Shown here piece after piece: positions 1 through 12,063 of a stretch of 64,000 bases of DNA. The translations under genes were made by a program, and so were the position numbers. This DNA comes from Gemmatales bacterium. Lineage in GTDB: Bacteria; Planctomycetota; Planctomycetia; Gemmatales; HRBIN36. Where the stretch lies: contig JBEPZY010000006.1 of assembly GCA_041640595.1 (NCBI GenBank), positions 160,001-224,000 on the forward strand, given 5' to 3'. The stretch's first letter is position 1. The number at the start of each line of letters is the position of its first letter. The notes under the pieces were generated by a model that was not told the DNA's origin, did not search any database, and saw only the letters and a list, made by a program, of their open reading frames with translations.

Positions 1-2
1 CC

Positions 3-836
3 GCTCGCCGAGCTGCTGCCGAGGAAAAACTGGTCATGGTCTTGCATGTTTCGGGCCATTTCGAAGACCCCGGGCTGACCTGAAACAATGCCGAGGCACT
101 CCGGGTGAGCGCCCTGGCTGATCCCCGCGTGGGCGAGTTTGTGCGGGAGCATTTTGTGTGTTCCTTCCAGAAAGTCGGGACGTTTCGCATTGTCGGCGGG
201 CAGAAACAGGGCGGGAACGTGGCCACGTATTTCTGCGCTCCCGATGGCCGGGTCTTGCACGTCATTCCGGGCCCGGTTGGAGCGGAGCAATTTCTAGCGG
301 AAGCCCGCTGGGTGGTTGACAGCGTGCGGCGCGGACTCCAGGAAAGCAAAAAGACAGGTAAGCTGTTCAAAGTGCTGTTCCGCGAATACCATGCCGAGCG
401 GTTACGCAACCAGTATGGCCTGGTGGTGGAGCCGGCACGCTTTGATGTGGATACGGAAGCGCCGGGGGCACTCAGTTACCGCGATCCCACCGGTCGGCCC
501 CTTGCTCCGGTGTTGCTGCCGCCGCCTCTGCACGGGCCGGATGTGACATTCGGCCAGGATCTGTTGCAACAACGGCAAGCCAAAGAAGCCGCCCATCCGC
601 TGGCGCAGACAGTTCCCGGTATTGATGGGCGTCGCTGGGCACTGGGACCGCTCGCGCAAGCGCATCGGTTGCTGGCTGCCCATGCCCTGCAGCCGATTGA
701 CAAACTCTACGGCACCGTCTTCGAGAACATCCTGGGCGAAAAAATTTCCACCAAGCCGGTCGAAATTGTCACGCCATTCCCTTGGCGTCCCGAAGGCAAA
801 CGCGGCCAACCGCTGCCATTACCCGCACGGCCCTAA
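3..836 (+). CDS. Thioredoxin-like protein, probable selenoprotein (in-frame TGA at 81-83), 5' end outside the window; the ORF track shows only 105..836
   Basis: The frame of ORF 105..836 is open from base 3: ARRAAAEEKLVMVLHVSGHFEDPGLT-TGA-NNAEALRVSALADPRVGEFVREHFVC. It later has a ...TYFCAPDGRVLHVIPG segment typical of a Trx-fold beta hairpin. Confidence 0.7.
90..118 (+). other. Putative bacterial SECIS hairpin
   Basis: GCCGAGGCACTC-CGGGT-GAGCGCCCTGGC: 12-position stem with 9 Watson-Crick pairs, 1 G-U pair and 2 A.C mismatches. The 5-nt G-rich loop starts 18 nt after the TGA. Confidence 0.6.
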
Positions 837-959
837 ATCGGACAGGTGGCGGCCCCTGTTCAAACCCTCTCTTACACTGGATTGTGCGCGAGACACAGCC
901 GCTGAGTTATCCTGGCCTGATGCCGTCACTATGTAGTGCCTGCGTAGAAGGACAAGCAC

Positions 960-1364
960 TCAGGCGCGGACTTTACGGGCGAGGCGGAGCATGGCGCGGC
1001 AGCGTTCCCGTTGTTGCATCAGACGCCGTCGCTCCTGAGGCGAAACCGTGGCCGGCACTGGTTGCGCCAGTTCGGATTCCAGAGCAGCGGCGTCCAGTTC
1101 GCTGGCGGGAATGGCTCGCGCGGTCAGGAGCGTTACCGTGTTGCGCTTGATCTGCACAAAGCCGCCGTCCACGAAATACTGCCGTACTTCTTCGCCCCGC
1201 CGCAAACGCAATTCGCCGAATCCTAACCGTCCCACCAGCGGAGCGCGACCGGGTAACACGCCGAGTTCGCCATCATAAAGTGGCACGGCCACGAAATCGG
1301 CTGATTCATCCACCACAGTGCGTTCCGGGGTAATCACCAGACAGTGCAATCGTTCCGCGGCCAT
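960..1364 (-). CDS. atpC: ATP synthase F1 epsilon subunit
   Basis: VITPER...GELGVLPGRAPL...VDGGFVQ motif; last gene of the atp operon. Confidence 0.95.
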   Translation of the reverse strand: MAAERLHCLVITPERTVVDESADFVAVPLYDGELGVLPGRAPLVGRLGFGELRLRRGEEVRQYFVDGGFVQIKRNTVTLLTARAIPASELDAAALESELAQPVPATVSPQERRRLMQQRERCRAMLRLARKVRA

Positions 1365-1427
1365 GCTGCAAATCTCGCTGAGACGTACCAGGGCCTGGTG
1401 AGGCCCAATGCTTTTCGGAAGACCATC

Positions 1428-3945
<2,518 letters not shown>

Positions 3946-3991
3946 AAGTTTGCCTCTCCCGATCCTCAGCGCACAGCAAGATTGGTTGCGT

Positions 3992-5680
3992 TTAGGCCGG
4001 CGGCTTGAATTGCGTCTGGAAGAATTCGATCGCCTTGACCAGACCGGCTTCGATTTCCGGCGTGATCTTCTTTTCGCGGATGAGAGCGTTGCGGACCTCC
4101 GGCACCTGTTCGCGCATGAAGCGTAAAAATTGTTCTTCCCAGGCGGCGACGTGGCGGATAGGCACGGAATCCAGGTAACCGCGTGTGCCGGCGAAGATGA
4201 TCATCACCTGATCGGCGACGTGCATCGGTTTGTATTGCGGTTGCTTGAGAATTTCCACCATGCGGTAACCGCGGTCAAGCTGCGCCTGCGTCGCTTTATC
4301 GAGTTCGGTGCCGAGCTGGGCAAACGCTTCCAGTTCACGGAAGGCCGCCAGGTCCAGTCGCAGGCTCCCGGCCACCTGTTTCATAGCGGGGATCTGTGCT
4401 TTTCCGCCGACACGCGAGACCGAAATACCCACGTCAATCGCTGGTCGCACGCCGGCAAAGAAAAGGCTCGGTTGCAAATAAATCTGGCCGTCGGTGATCG
4501 AAATGACGTTGGTGGGAATGTACGCGGAGACCTCGCCTTCGAGCGTTTCGATGATCGGCAACGCTGTCAGTGAGCCACCGGATTTCGGCAGCTTAGCCAG
4601 CTTATGCCCCGGATACTCGGGGAGGACCACCTCCTGAGCGTGCTTCTTTTCCAGGGGGCCTTTGAAAACGCGAGGCGAGCCATCGGGGTTACGCACCGCC
4701 GAATGTTCCGCCGTCACCTCTTTATCCGGGACGGATTCGGGAACGATCACCCAGTGTTCAGCTAACTTGGCCGAGCGCTCGAGCAAGCGGGAGTGGCAAT
4801 AGAAAATGTCGCCAGGATATGCCTCGCGCCCTGGTGGACGACGCATCAAGAGCGACAGTTGCCGATAAGCCGCCGCCTGTTTGCTCAGGTCATCGTACAC
4901 GCAAAGAGTATCGCGGCCCTGTTCGTACATGTAATACTCGGCCATAGCGCAGCCGGCGTAAGGAGCGATATACTGCAACGCTGCCGGGGCCGACGACGAC
5001 GCAACCACGACAATGGTGTAATCCATTGCCCCGTGTTGCCGCAAAGCCTCGATCACCTGGGCAACGGTGGATTCCTTCTGGCCGATGGCGACATACACGC
5101 AAATAACGTCCTCATCCTTCTGGTTGATGATGGTGTCCACGGCGATGGCAGTTTTGCCCGTTTTGCGGTCGCCGATAATGAGTTCCCGCTGGCCGCGACC
5201 GATCGGCGTCATCGAATCAATGGCTTTGATGCCCGTCTGCAAGGGCACGTTGACGGGTTGCCTTTCGGCAACACCGGGAGCCGGCGATTCCACCAGACGT
5301 GTGTACGGGGTAACAATCGGTCCTTTACCGTCGAGGGGATTGCCGAGCGGGTCGACCACCCGGCCGATCATAGCATCGCCGACCGGCACTCGCAACAATT
5401 GCCCAGTAGCCCGCACCTCATCGCCTTCACGAATCTCCAGGTAATCACCGAGGATGATCACACCGACCGAAGTTTCCTCGAGGTTGAAGGCCAAGCCCAT
5501 GACGCCGGTACGAGTGAACTCGACCATTTCGCCGGACATCACCCCGCCCAAACCATAGACGCGGGCAATGCCATCACCGACTTCCAGAACCCGGCCGATT
5601 TCCCGCGCTTCCAATTCCGCGCGATATTGTTCAATCTCCGCTTGCAGAACAGAAACGATCTCGTTGGGTTTGAATCGCAT
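3992..5680 (-). CDS. atpA: ATP synthase F1 alpha subunit
   Basis: [33 protein letters not shown]. Confidence 0.99.
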   Translation of the reverse strand: MRFKPNEIVSVLQAEIEQYRAELEAREIGRVLEVGDGIARVYGLGGVMSGEMVEFTRTGVMGLAFNLEETSVGVIILGDYLEIREGDEVRATGQLLRVPVGDAMIGRVVDPLGNPLDGKGPIVTPYTRLVESPAPGVAERQPVNVPLQTGIKAIDSMTPIGRGQRELIIGDRKTGKTAIAVDTIINQKDEDVICVYVAIGQKESTVAQVIEALRQHGAMDYTIVVVASSSAPAALQYIAPYAGCAMAEYYMYEQGRDTLCVYDDLSKQAAAYRQLSLLMRRPPGREAYPGDIFYCHSRLLERSAKLAEHWVIVPESVPDKEVTAEHSAVRNPDGSPRVFKGPLEKKHAQEVVLPEYPGHKLAKLPKSGGSLTALPIIETLEGEVSAYIPTNVISITDGQIYLQPSLFFAGVRPAIDVGISVSRVGGKAQIPAMKQVAGSLRLDLAAFRELEAFAQLGTELDKATQAQLDRGYRMVEILKQPQYKPMHVADQVMIIFAGTRGYLDSVPIRHVAAWEEQFLRFMREQVPEVRNALIREKKITPEIEAGLVKAIEFFQTQFKPPA

Positions 5681-6302
5681 AGGAAGCCCTCGCCAGAAGT
5701 TCTTTTTCGAGTTTGCTCAGTCGGCTGCGGACCGAGCCGTCGAAGACCCAATCGCCGATCCGTACCACCAGTCCACCAAGCAATTCAGGCTCGACGCGAT
5801 TGGTCACCAGTGGTTCGAGCCGGAAGATGTCGCGGAGTTGACCAGCGATCCGCTCGAGGTAAGCTTCCCCCAGAGGGACGGCGGACTGCACTTCCACGCG
5901 GACCCGGCGTGCTTCCCGGTCACGCAGTTGCCGATAGGCACGCACGATGGTTCGCAATAACGGCAAGCGGTCGTGGTCGTTGAGCACCAGCAGGAAGTTT
6001 AATACCAGCGGATGTGCCCGACCGGTAAACAACCGGGAAATGGTTTCCGCCTTCCGCCGACGGGAAATGATGCCGCTTGTAAGAAAAAGTTCCAGTTCCG
6101 GAGCACTGGTGAACACGTCATCCACCAGGGAATCCAGTTCTTCCAGAACCTGTTCTTCGGCCTGCTGGGCACGAGCAGCGCGAAGCAATGCCTCGGCATA
6201 CACGCGGGCGATCTGCTGGCCGCGAATGTCCAGCACGGTCGGATAGACAGGTCGATCCGCGACCTGTGGCTTGGGATAAGTATGCTGGTGCTCTTCAGTC
6301 AT
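5631..6302 (-). CDS. atpH: ATP synthase F1 delta subunit
   Basis: [28 protein letters not shown]; 3' end overlaps the atpA start by 50 nt. Confidence 0.95.
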   Translation of the reverse strand: MTEEHQHTYPKPQVADRPVYPTVLDIRGQQIARVYAEALLRAARAQQAEEQVLEELDSLVDDVFTSAPELELFLTSGIISRRRKAETISRLFTGRAHPLVLNFLLVLNDHDRLPLLRTIVRAYRQLRDREARRVRVEVQSAVPLGEAYLERIAGQLRDIFRLEPLVTNRVEPELLGGLVVRIGDWVFDGSVRSRLSKLEKELLARASYAIQTQRDRFCSASGD

Positions 6303-6363
6303 GTGAGCTGGTCATCTGAATTCCAAGGAGGGAAAAATCGAGGCAAGCAGCACTGCCAGCAAA

Positions 6364-7053
6364 TCAGGGCTGGTAATTGCCCACCAGTGCCATGTGTTCG
6401 CGTTCGTAAGCCTCGCCGTGTTGCCGTAACTCTGCGAGTGCCTCATCCAGAAGCCGACGATGATCCTCTTCGCTCAGCGACCTGCGGATAGCCTTTTCCG
6501 AAACCAACACGGCCAGGCGTACCGCAGATTGCCAGAGTTCCTGCAAAGCCTGGTCGCGAGCTCGCGCCAGTTCACGCAGCAGTCGTTCGCGCTCGGCCTG
6601 GACTTCGGCCAAACCGCGTGCGCGAATCTCCTCGGCAGTGCGCTCGGCATCGCGGCGGGCTTCGTCGAGAATTTCCCGCACCTTCTCGCCGGCTCGTTGC
6701 ATTTCCTGCTGCAACTGGGATCGGATACGTTCGGCTTCCGCACGGGCTTGTTCAGCCTCCTGCAGAGCCCGGCGGATGCTTTCTTCGCGCTTGCGCAGGC
6801 CTTCGAGCATCGGTCGCCAGGCCAGTTTGCGCAGCACCACCAGCAGCAGGCCGAACACGACCAGGCTCCACACCGCCAGGTCGAGCGAGAAGGATAAAGG
6901 TCCTTCCTCGCCCTCAGCATGGCCATGCCCGGCTTCCGCGGCACCAGTGCAGTCCGGCATCAGCAACCACCAGGTCGCGCACCAGGCCAGCACCACAACC
7001 CCACGGGCCAGCCAGTCGGCTCGACCCCACCAGCGCTGTAGGCCCGAAACCAT
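6364..7053 (-). CDS. atpF: ATP synthase Fo subunit b, with N-terminal signal-like extension
   Basis: WSLVVFGLLLVVLRKLAWRPM TM segment followed by a long coiled coil; ATG at 7053 preceded by GGAG. Confidence 0.93.
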   Translation of the reverse strand: MVSGLQRWWGRADWLARGVVVLAWCATWWLLMPDCTGAAEAGHGHAEGEEGPLSFSLDLAVWSLVVFGLLLVVLRKLAWRPMLEGLRKREESIRRALQEAEQARAEAERIRSQLQQEMQRAGEKVREILDEARRDAERTAEEIRARGLAEVQAERERLLRELARARDQALQELWQSAVRLAVLVSEKAIRRSLSEEDHRRLLDEALAELRQHGEAYEREHMALVGNYQP

Positions 7054-7146
7054 CGAATCTTTCCTCCACTTTACAAGGCAGATAAGCACCAAGCCGGCCG
7101 AAGGCGGCGTTTTCTTCTGTCGGGCTGTACCCTGGCCAGCCGCTGA

Positions 7147-7461
7147 TTAGGCCTTGACCGCCATGATGATGCACACGATCAGGGCGAAGAAAGTCGCACC
7201 TTCCAGCAGCGCGGCAATGATCAGCATACCGGTCTGAATGCGGGGTGCGATTTCCGGCTGCCGGGCCATGCTTTCCAGAGCGGCCTGGCCAATTCGACCG
7301 AATCCCCAGCCAGCACCGATCAGCACCAGCGCTGTGCCAAAGCCAGCACCGACAGCGTTCCCGTAAAACTGATGGGCCCCCTGATCTACCGCCAGTGCGG
7401 GCATGGCCAGCACCAGCAGCGCAATCATCACCAGACCCACGCTTGCGAGCATCTGCTTCAT
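7147..7461 (-). CDS. atpE: ATP synthase Fo subunit c
   Basis: GAGWGFG, ARQPE loop, ion-binding Glu in ALLEGAT; GGAGG RBS before ATG 7461. Confidence 0.97.
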   Translation of the reverse strand: MKQMLASVGLVMIALLVLAMPALAVDQGAHQFYGNAVGAGFGTALVLIGAGWGFGRIGQAALESMARQPEIAPRIQTGMLIIAALLEGATFFALIVCIIMAVKA

Positions 7462-7655
7462 CGTTCCTCCTTTCTGTGCATCAATGTCTTGTGGCACCGC
7501 TTCTAGTGCCAGTCTATCGCGTGCTCCGCCAATTCCCAGAAATGGGAATGCAGTATCCCATTCGTTTAGCAAGCAAGAGAATCGCAGCCAGAGATGGTCG
7601 CCAGCGGTGGCGGCAGGCCCACCGATTGGCAAGAGGATGTCCCTGCACCTTTCGC

Positions 7656-8687
7656 CTAATGTTCCATGTGCAGCTGGAAGCCGAGGAAAAGCGCAGTCAG
7701 GAAGGTGAAAATGAACGCCTGCAAAAACGCAACAAAGATTTCCAGCAAACTTAATGCCACGACGCCGAACACACTTCCCAGGGTAACGATCCCCCAGACG
7801 ACTGGCCCGGCGTTTTTGGCCATGACAATGAACGCCATGATAAACGCCAGCACGGTGTGGCCGGCGAAAATGTTAGCGAAGAGTCGCACAGCCAGAACGG
7901 TGGCCTTGATGAAATGTCCGAGGAACTCAATGGCGACGATCATCACAATCAGCGGAAAGCCGAAGATCAATGGAATTCCCGTGTCCGGAACATGGGCGCG
8001 GATGTATCGCCACAATCCCACGATCGGAGCCAGTAACCAGGGAACCCGGGACGACGCGGAATCCGGTTGGGACGATCCCCGATGGCCATGCTCCGCGTGC
8101 CCGACCGGGTGGTGAGTTGCCGCTGGAGATTCTGCTGGGCGTTCTTCGTGCATGGGATGCTCATGGTGGTCGGAATGTTCATCGTGGCCATGATGCCCAC
8201 CGTGTTGGAGCTGGTATTGGATTGCCGCACCGTGAATCAGCAGGAAACTGCAAAAGGCCAGCGCTCCGGTTACGCTCAAATCACCGGTGGGCGACCCCAG
8301 AAACGGTATCATGCCCAGCAGATTGCAAAACAATATGAACAGGAAAACAGTCCAGATGTACGGAACAAAGCGGTCGGCGTCCCGCTCACCAATATACGGT
8401 TTGGCCACCTCATCACGCAGGAAGGTCAGGATCGCCTCAAAACAATTCCAGAAGAACCCTCGGGGTGGCCCACCGCTGCGAGCACGCCGGGCGATCGGCA
8501 CGTAAATCGCCACAAGCAATAGCGCCGCCAGCAACTCGATCACCATGAATTTGGTGATCTGGAGCGGCTTTTCCCGAAACGGAAGCGGAATGGCCGGCAG
8601 GTGAATTTCCACTTTGCCGGTCAGGCTGTTGTCGAAAAATGTCCAGACGGCACTGTCTTTCGAATGTTCAAGAGGGCTGTGAGCCAT
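7656..8687 (-). CDS. atpB: ATP synthase Fo subunit a
   Basis: NLLGMIP, AVRLFANIFAGH (essential Arg), LQAFIFTFL. Confidence 0.97.
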   Translation of the reverse strand: MAHSPLEHSKDSAVWTFFDNSLTGKVEIHLPAIPLPFREKPLQITKFMVIELLAALLLVAIYVPIARRARSGGPPRGFFWNCFEAILTFLRDEVAKPYIGERDADRFVPYIWTVFLFILFCNLLGMIPFLGSPTGDLSVTGALAFCSFLLIHGAAIQYQLQHGGHHGHDEHSDHHEHPMHEERPAESPAATHHPVGHAEHGHRGSSQPDSASSRVPWLLAPIVGLWRYIRAHVPDTGIPLIFGFPLIVMIVAIEFLGHFIKATVLAVRLFANIFAGHTVLAFIMAFIVMAKNAGPVVWGIVTLGSVFGVVALSLLEIFVAFLQAFIFTFLTALFLGFQLHMEH

Positions 8688-8780
8688 ACCGGTTCAAGTT
8701 CTTTTAGGTGCATGCTGAGCGTAGCCGCGCTGAGAAAGCGGGACGCTAGCAAGTTTAGTACCGATTCTCGAAGCAATCGC

Positions 8781-9158
8781 TCACCGGTTTGGAATTTTGC
8801 GGATGGTGAAGACTAGTTCGACACCCAGCGTTGCCAAATATGCAGCCGCCAGGGGCACCCAGAAAGCCAGTCCATCGCCCCACGAAGCTGTAAAGGCCAG
8901 CACCAGGGCACCGCCGAGAGTCAATACCAGGCGAATCCCCGTGCCCATCAGCGCCAGCAAAGGAAAGTTCCCGCCCGATACTCGAGCGGCCCTGGCGGTG
9001 AAAATGTGAGCGGTCAGCGCAGGAATGAGCACCAGAGCCAGGGCAGCGATTACCGGCACAGAGGAATCGCTTGCGCTGGCCCCAACTGCCAGACCACCGA
9101 TCATCGCCGCGGCTATAGATACCGCAGCAAGCAAGCCGATTTCGAGCAGTTCGCCTAT
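8781..9158 (-). CDS. AtpI-like membrane protein with about 4 TM helices (start codon uncertain)
   Basis: Four hydrophobic stretches, GIRLVL motif, position between the atpZ-like gene and atpB. Confidence 0.65.
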   Translation of the reverse strand: MGELLEIGLLAAVSIAAAMIGGLAVGASASDSSVPVIAALALVLIPALTAHIFTARAARVSGGNFPLLALMGTGIRLVLTLGGALVLAFTASWGDGLAFWVPLAAAYLATLGVELVFTIRKIPNR

Positions 9159-9376
9159 CGCGACGAGCCGCCCGGAGGTTCCCTCAGGAGCAACCACAGA
9201 TGGGTCATTCCTACAGCAAAGCCCACGATTACTCCGAGGATCACCATCCACGGGCTTGTTCCCCAGCGATAATCGAGCCAGGCCCCCAGCGCAATGGGTA
9301 TGACCATCTCCAACCCGATCTGGCCCAGGGCGAAGTAGCGTCCCAGTTCCCGAGGACCGACGTCGCTCCTTCTCAC
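9155..9376 (-). CDS. AtpZ/AtpI-family 2-TM protein (ATP synthase gene 1)
   Basis: IGLEMVIPIALGAWLDYRWGTSPWMVILGVIVGF signature; GTG at 9376 with GGAG upstream. Confidence 0.85.
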   Translation of the reverse strand: MRRSDVGPRELGRYFALGQIGLEMVIPIALGAWLDYRWGTSPWMVILGVIVGFAVGMTHLWLLLREPPGGSSR

Positions 9377-9698
9377 TGAGTTGCTCCGCCATCTTCCCCG
9401 TCTTGGGCAATTCGCTCCAGTGGCTAATCCCCATGCCAGTCGGCTTCTTTCACGCTGGGGCAAGCAATACCAGCTGCCGCGTGCGTCCCCGGCCTGGCTA
9501 GCTGTTTGCCTGGCCGGTATTCGTGGCGTGTGGAAAGCTATTCTGGAACTGCTCCCGCGAAAGTCAACCGGTACCCGGAAAATTTTTCCAAACTCACCGA
9601 GTCCGGCCAAATTTTATAGACCCAAGAGGCTGCCTCTAAACGACTTCCGCAGCTTAATCGCTCAGCGAGCCGATTGGCGAGAATTATCCGCTTCGCAC

Positions 9699-10466
9699 CT
9701 ACCGTGGCAATTCACCGGCCACAGGCTGGTCGCCAAGACCCAGGAACTTCTCGATCGCTTGTTCAATAAACATCGCCATTTCCGGTTCGCTCAGCGAGAG
9801 CAGTTTCCGCGCTGTACCGTCGTGAAGCAGCGCGTTCAAATCATACCCTGAATCCGGCTCCGCCTCGCAAGATTCCGATTCGGACTCCTGTTCCGAGGAC
9901 TGATCATCAGGTTTTGAAGGCTGACGCACACACCGGGCACCCACGTAGAGCTGGGCGATCTGCTCAACCGGTAGCACCACGCTGCCGGGCCAGGGAAACG
10001 GTCGGTGCCGCACGCGCAACGTTTCATGATCCACGACGATTTCCGTGCGGTTAACCAGACTCGCCAGGGTAAAGTAAGTGAGCCAGACACCAACAGCCAC
10101 GTGTGCGATGGGAAAAACGATCATGAGCCAATTATTACCGGGCCAAGCCAGGACTTGGTAGTACCAGAAGATCAGAAAGCTATCCCACGCAATGCAGAAG
10201 AAAATCAGGAATACGGCCGACCAGCTAAACCAGGGCCATAATATGCGTAATTGCGTTCCGCTGTCTTCGACGGTGAGTTGATGCGGTTGCGGAGCGACTG
10301 GCCGTGGGCGATTTGCCAGGCCCGCACTTTCCGCGGAACCTTGTTGCGGAACGAAATCGCGAAGGTTAACCAACGCATGGCAACGCCGACACTTCCCGAC
10401 CATCTGGTCGAGATTCATGTCCTCGCTGCGTAGCATCTCCCCGCAGCTGGGGCAAATGACCTGCAT
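9699..10466 (-). CDS. Hypothetical membrane protein with N-terminal zinc ribbon, 2 TM helices and a PH-like C-terminus
   Basis: CPSC...CRRC; hydrophobic FLIFFCIAWDSFLIFWY and FPIAHVAVGVWLTY; GGAG before ATG 10466. Confidence 0.8.
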   Translation of the reverse strand: MQVICPSCGEMLRSEDMNLDQMVGKCRRCHALVNLRDFVPQQGSAESAGLANRPRPVAPQPHQLTVEDSGTQLRILWPWFSWSAVFLIFFCIAWDSFLIFWYYQVLAWPGNNWLMIVFPIAHVAVGVWLTYFTLASLVNRTEIVVDHETLRVRHRPFPWPGSVVLPVEQIAQLYVGARCVRQPSKPDDQSSEQESESESCEAEPDSGYDLNALLHDGTARKLLSLSEPEMAMFIEQAIEKFLGLGDQPVAGELPR

Positions 10467-10771
10467 AGGGGCTCCATTCATAGACGGGTGGTTTTTCGCA
10501 ATTCGCCAGCCCTTGGCGAAGTTTACGCTTGCCTGGGCCGAACTTTTTGGGTGCGTTGTTCCGCAGCGATTTAGTATTCCGGCGATAATCACCCGTCCGT
10601 ATCGGGAAGCTGTTTTTCTTCTCGGGATTGCAGAGTCTCTTCGCTTCGCTTCTTCCGAAATTGGGCATGGCCAGGGGCAGTTTTGCTCCATGCGGGTTCG
10701 GTCGCTGCTTGTCATGCGCTTTTCAGCAGGCCACGGTCGGCGAACATCCAAGCGTCAAGCCGACGCAAGTC

Positions 10772-11542
10772 TTAGTCGGACGGCGGTTGCAAGGCGCCTA
10801 CAAGCTGGGCCAGACGGTTGTCCTGAGGGTAACTGTGGCCCAAATGCTGACGGAAACCCTCGGCATAAGCCACGCCGACACGTTCGCCTTGCTGCCTACC
10901 CCAACGCCGCATCGCTTCCAGATATTCGTCCATACCGTGGTGTTTCAAGAGCCATTGCCGCTGGCTGGCGTGGCAGGCCAGCATTTGTGTCTTGCGGTCT
11001 ATGACGCTGCTTATATCCACGTAAAACTGAGCGGGCACTGGTCGGCCGAATAAATCCTTCCCCTCGATCGGATCGCAGTAATACAGGTGGGGGATGTGGT
11101 CTAAAGGAGCCAGTGCCGGATCGGGAGCGAAGTTCGGCACCGGTGCCGCAAAACAGGCAGCCCGGACTATCTGGCTGGTCACCTCGTGGTCGAGGAGGTA
11201 GTCCGTAGGACAATGCGTGAACACCATTTGCGGGCGTACTTCGCGCAACAGCCTTGTCACCTTGACCAGGGTGCGTTCCTGGTAGAAAATCAGCAGGTCC
11301 CGCTCTTCCAGGCAATGATACCGGCCCCCGATGAGAGCGGCAGAACGTTCGCCTTCCGTGCGGCGAATGGCACTGATTTCTTCTGGCGGCAACTCCGCCG
11401 AACCACAATCGCCCGGCGTCATGCTGGCGATATGCACAACCGCCTGGTGTTCGTTGGCGAGTCGAATCAGCGTACCTGCACACAGAAATTCCGCGTCGTC
11501 GGGATGCGCGAAAACCGCCAGCACAGTTATCGGCATAGTCAT
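10772..11542 (-). CDS. PIG-L/LmbE family deacetylase
   Basis: AHPDDAE, DH metal motif, HASQ, YAEGF. Confidence 0.93.
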   Translation of the reverse strand: MTMPITVLAVFAHPDDAEFLCAGTLIRLANEHQAVVHIASMTPGDCGSAELPPEEISAIRRTEGERSAALIGGRYHCLEERDLLIFYQERTLVKVTRLLREVRPQMVFTHCPTDYLLDHEVTSQIVRAACFAAPVPNFAPDPALAPLDHIPHLYYCDPIEGKDLFGRPVPAQFYVDISSVIDRKTQMLACHASQRQWLLKHHGMDEYLEAMRRWGRQQGERVGVAYAEGFRQHLGHSYPQDNRLAQLVGALQPPSD

Positions 11543-11974
11543 CCCCTTTACCAGGACCTTCCGGTGCTGCTACGTCCCTCGATGCATCCGAATGTTCCTC
11601 CCACGGCAATTGGTAAGCTGGCCTTCCTTGCCAGCGCCACACTCTCGTTCGCGTTCACCCTGTGGAGCCGTTGGCTTTCCAAGCAATAGTGAGACCCGAG
11701 TGCCGTGCTCTGGTTCACGCTCGCCCTGTTCCCAGCCTTTCGTATTCTGGGAAACCTTGCGCTATTAGCCAAGGGTTCCAGTCCAGTGTTCAGGAAAAGA
11801 CGCGAGCGAACATCCGAAATCTGGGAAACTCATTCACGTCCGCCCAGCCATACAAAAGAAAGTCCTTGCAGGGACGCCAGTTGTGTGATGGAACGGGCAA
11901 AAATCACCGGCACGGCTTTTGCTAGTGTGCATTCCACTGCTCAGCAACCCCGGCACCTGCCAGCCAGAGGTTGC

Positions 11975-12002
11975 TTGACATCGAATCATCGCCACCTAAA
12001 AC
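11975..12002 (+). promoter_or_regulatory. Candidate sigma70 promoter of the oxidase operon
   Basis: TTGACA-16 nt-TAAAAC upstream of AGGAGG-GTG at 12064. Confidence 0.4.
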
Positions 12003-12063
12003 AATTGGTCAATGCTGCTGACACGCGGCCAGCTAAACTGGCCGAATAGCTTTCAGGAGGCTT

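Noticed and set aside
105..107. GTG 105 as the true start of the first gene
   Set aside because: No strong SD, it lies in the hairpin loop, and the upstream frame is protein-like; cannot be fully excluded
4793..5983. 396-aa plus-strand ORF
   Set aside because: Antisense shadow of atpA/atpH, common in GC-rich coding DNA
10467..10751. N-terminal extension of the zinc-ribbon membrane protein in the ORF track
   Set aside because: Not protein-like; RBS and domain start favour ATG 10466
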